A stretch of 63,980 nt of DNA, counting the filler, from Octopus bimaculoides (Eukaryota): NCBI RefSeq assembly GCF_001194135.2. It is 7 parts of 6 records of this genome, joined end to end, with 100 filler letters (N's around TTAATTAATTAA, not from the genome) between each part and the next. Parts side by side here need not be neighbours in the genome. Positions count along the whole stretch, not along the records: positions 62,843 to 63,980 come from NW_026403836.1; 6 more parts are not named here. The stretch is one strand, 5' to 3'. The notes beneath the pieces were generated by a model. It saw only the letters and a list, made by a program, of their open reading frames with translations, did no database searches and was not told the origin of the DNA. Made by a program: the position numbers and the translations under genes. Positions 63,440-63,980 of this stretch are shown piece by piece. Each line of letters opens with the position of its first letter. The first letter of the stretch is position 1.

Positions 63440-63980
63440 TATCCGAAGTAGTTACATCCATTTTAGGATTTCCAATTCATGAAAGAGCCCTTGCAATAAT
63501 CAGGCTGCAAGTTAATCTTCCTGATGAACAAAGAATATTGCTAAGATATAATGAAGATATATATGGTTGCTAATGAACGATAGATGAGAACAACATTGAC
63601 AGAATTAATTTCATTGTACATCAATGATAACTTTGCAAAAAAACATGACTTTAAGCTGAAGTACTCATGTATTTCTCTTGGAACAGAAGTAACAAAGAAC
63701 GGCACAGAAGAAAGTGAGGACAAAAAAGTTGAAGACTATTTGAACGTTTTCAAAGAAGAAACATTTGGTCGTGTTTTGTTGTCACACCAAACGCAGGAGA
63801 ACTGTGTTATTTAAGAAACTTATTGCATGAAGTTCGAAATAGTATTTTTTCTTTTGCCGCCGTGCATCGACATTTTCAGTTTGAAGTGGTTGTGACCCAA
63901 CGGGTTACGGGTACATATAATATATATATATATCGTAGTTATTGGAATCTGACAAATACAGTGTTACCCCGAATTTGACG

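Larger units (their letters stand above)
62880..63680 (+). mobile_element. Second Helitron remnant, Rep-domain portion
   Basis: KLYP...YYCR*RS..GG...KTINNKWVVPYN...HYNVEIVALVRSIKYVIK, DNEISQYL, GFPIHER...RLQVNLPDEQ and TTLTEL match Helitron Rep-region motifs. Confidence 0.8.

Overview
This is an AT-rich, gap- and microsatellite-laden eukaryotic window, most likely a coleoid cephalopod (Octopus-like). That is inferred from [10 protein letters not shown]-type zinc fingers, TTAGGG-type repeats and the SINE/LINE content. Almost all ORF-track hits are microsatellite or N-gap artefacts. Host coding content is a minus-strand tandem C2H2 zinc-finger gene (~49.5-50.8 kb) and four phase-compatible minus-strand exons of a hydroxylysine kinase (HYKK/AGPHD1)-like gene (57.9-62.6 kb). 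The HYKK-like 3' half is not visible. The rest is transposon debris: three mariners, Tc1/mariner and hAT MITEs, two Helitron remnants and a Helentron-type HINE, CR1/L2, RTE, R4/Dong and Penelope fragments, and three tRNA-derived SINE families. The most notable unannotated signal is a set of minimal type-I hammerhead ribozyme motifs. One family has three copies that vary at the free core position 7, and two of them sit in fold-back (inverted-arm) elements. A decayed hammerhead lies 3' of a Penelope GIY-YIG ORF. All calls come from reading the sequence by eye; no searches or folding programs were run.
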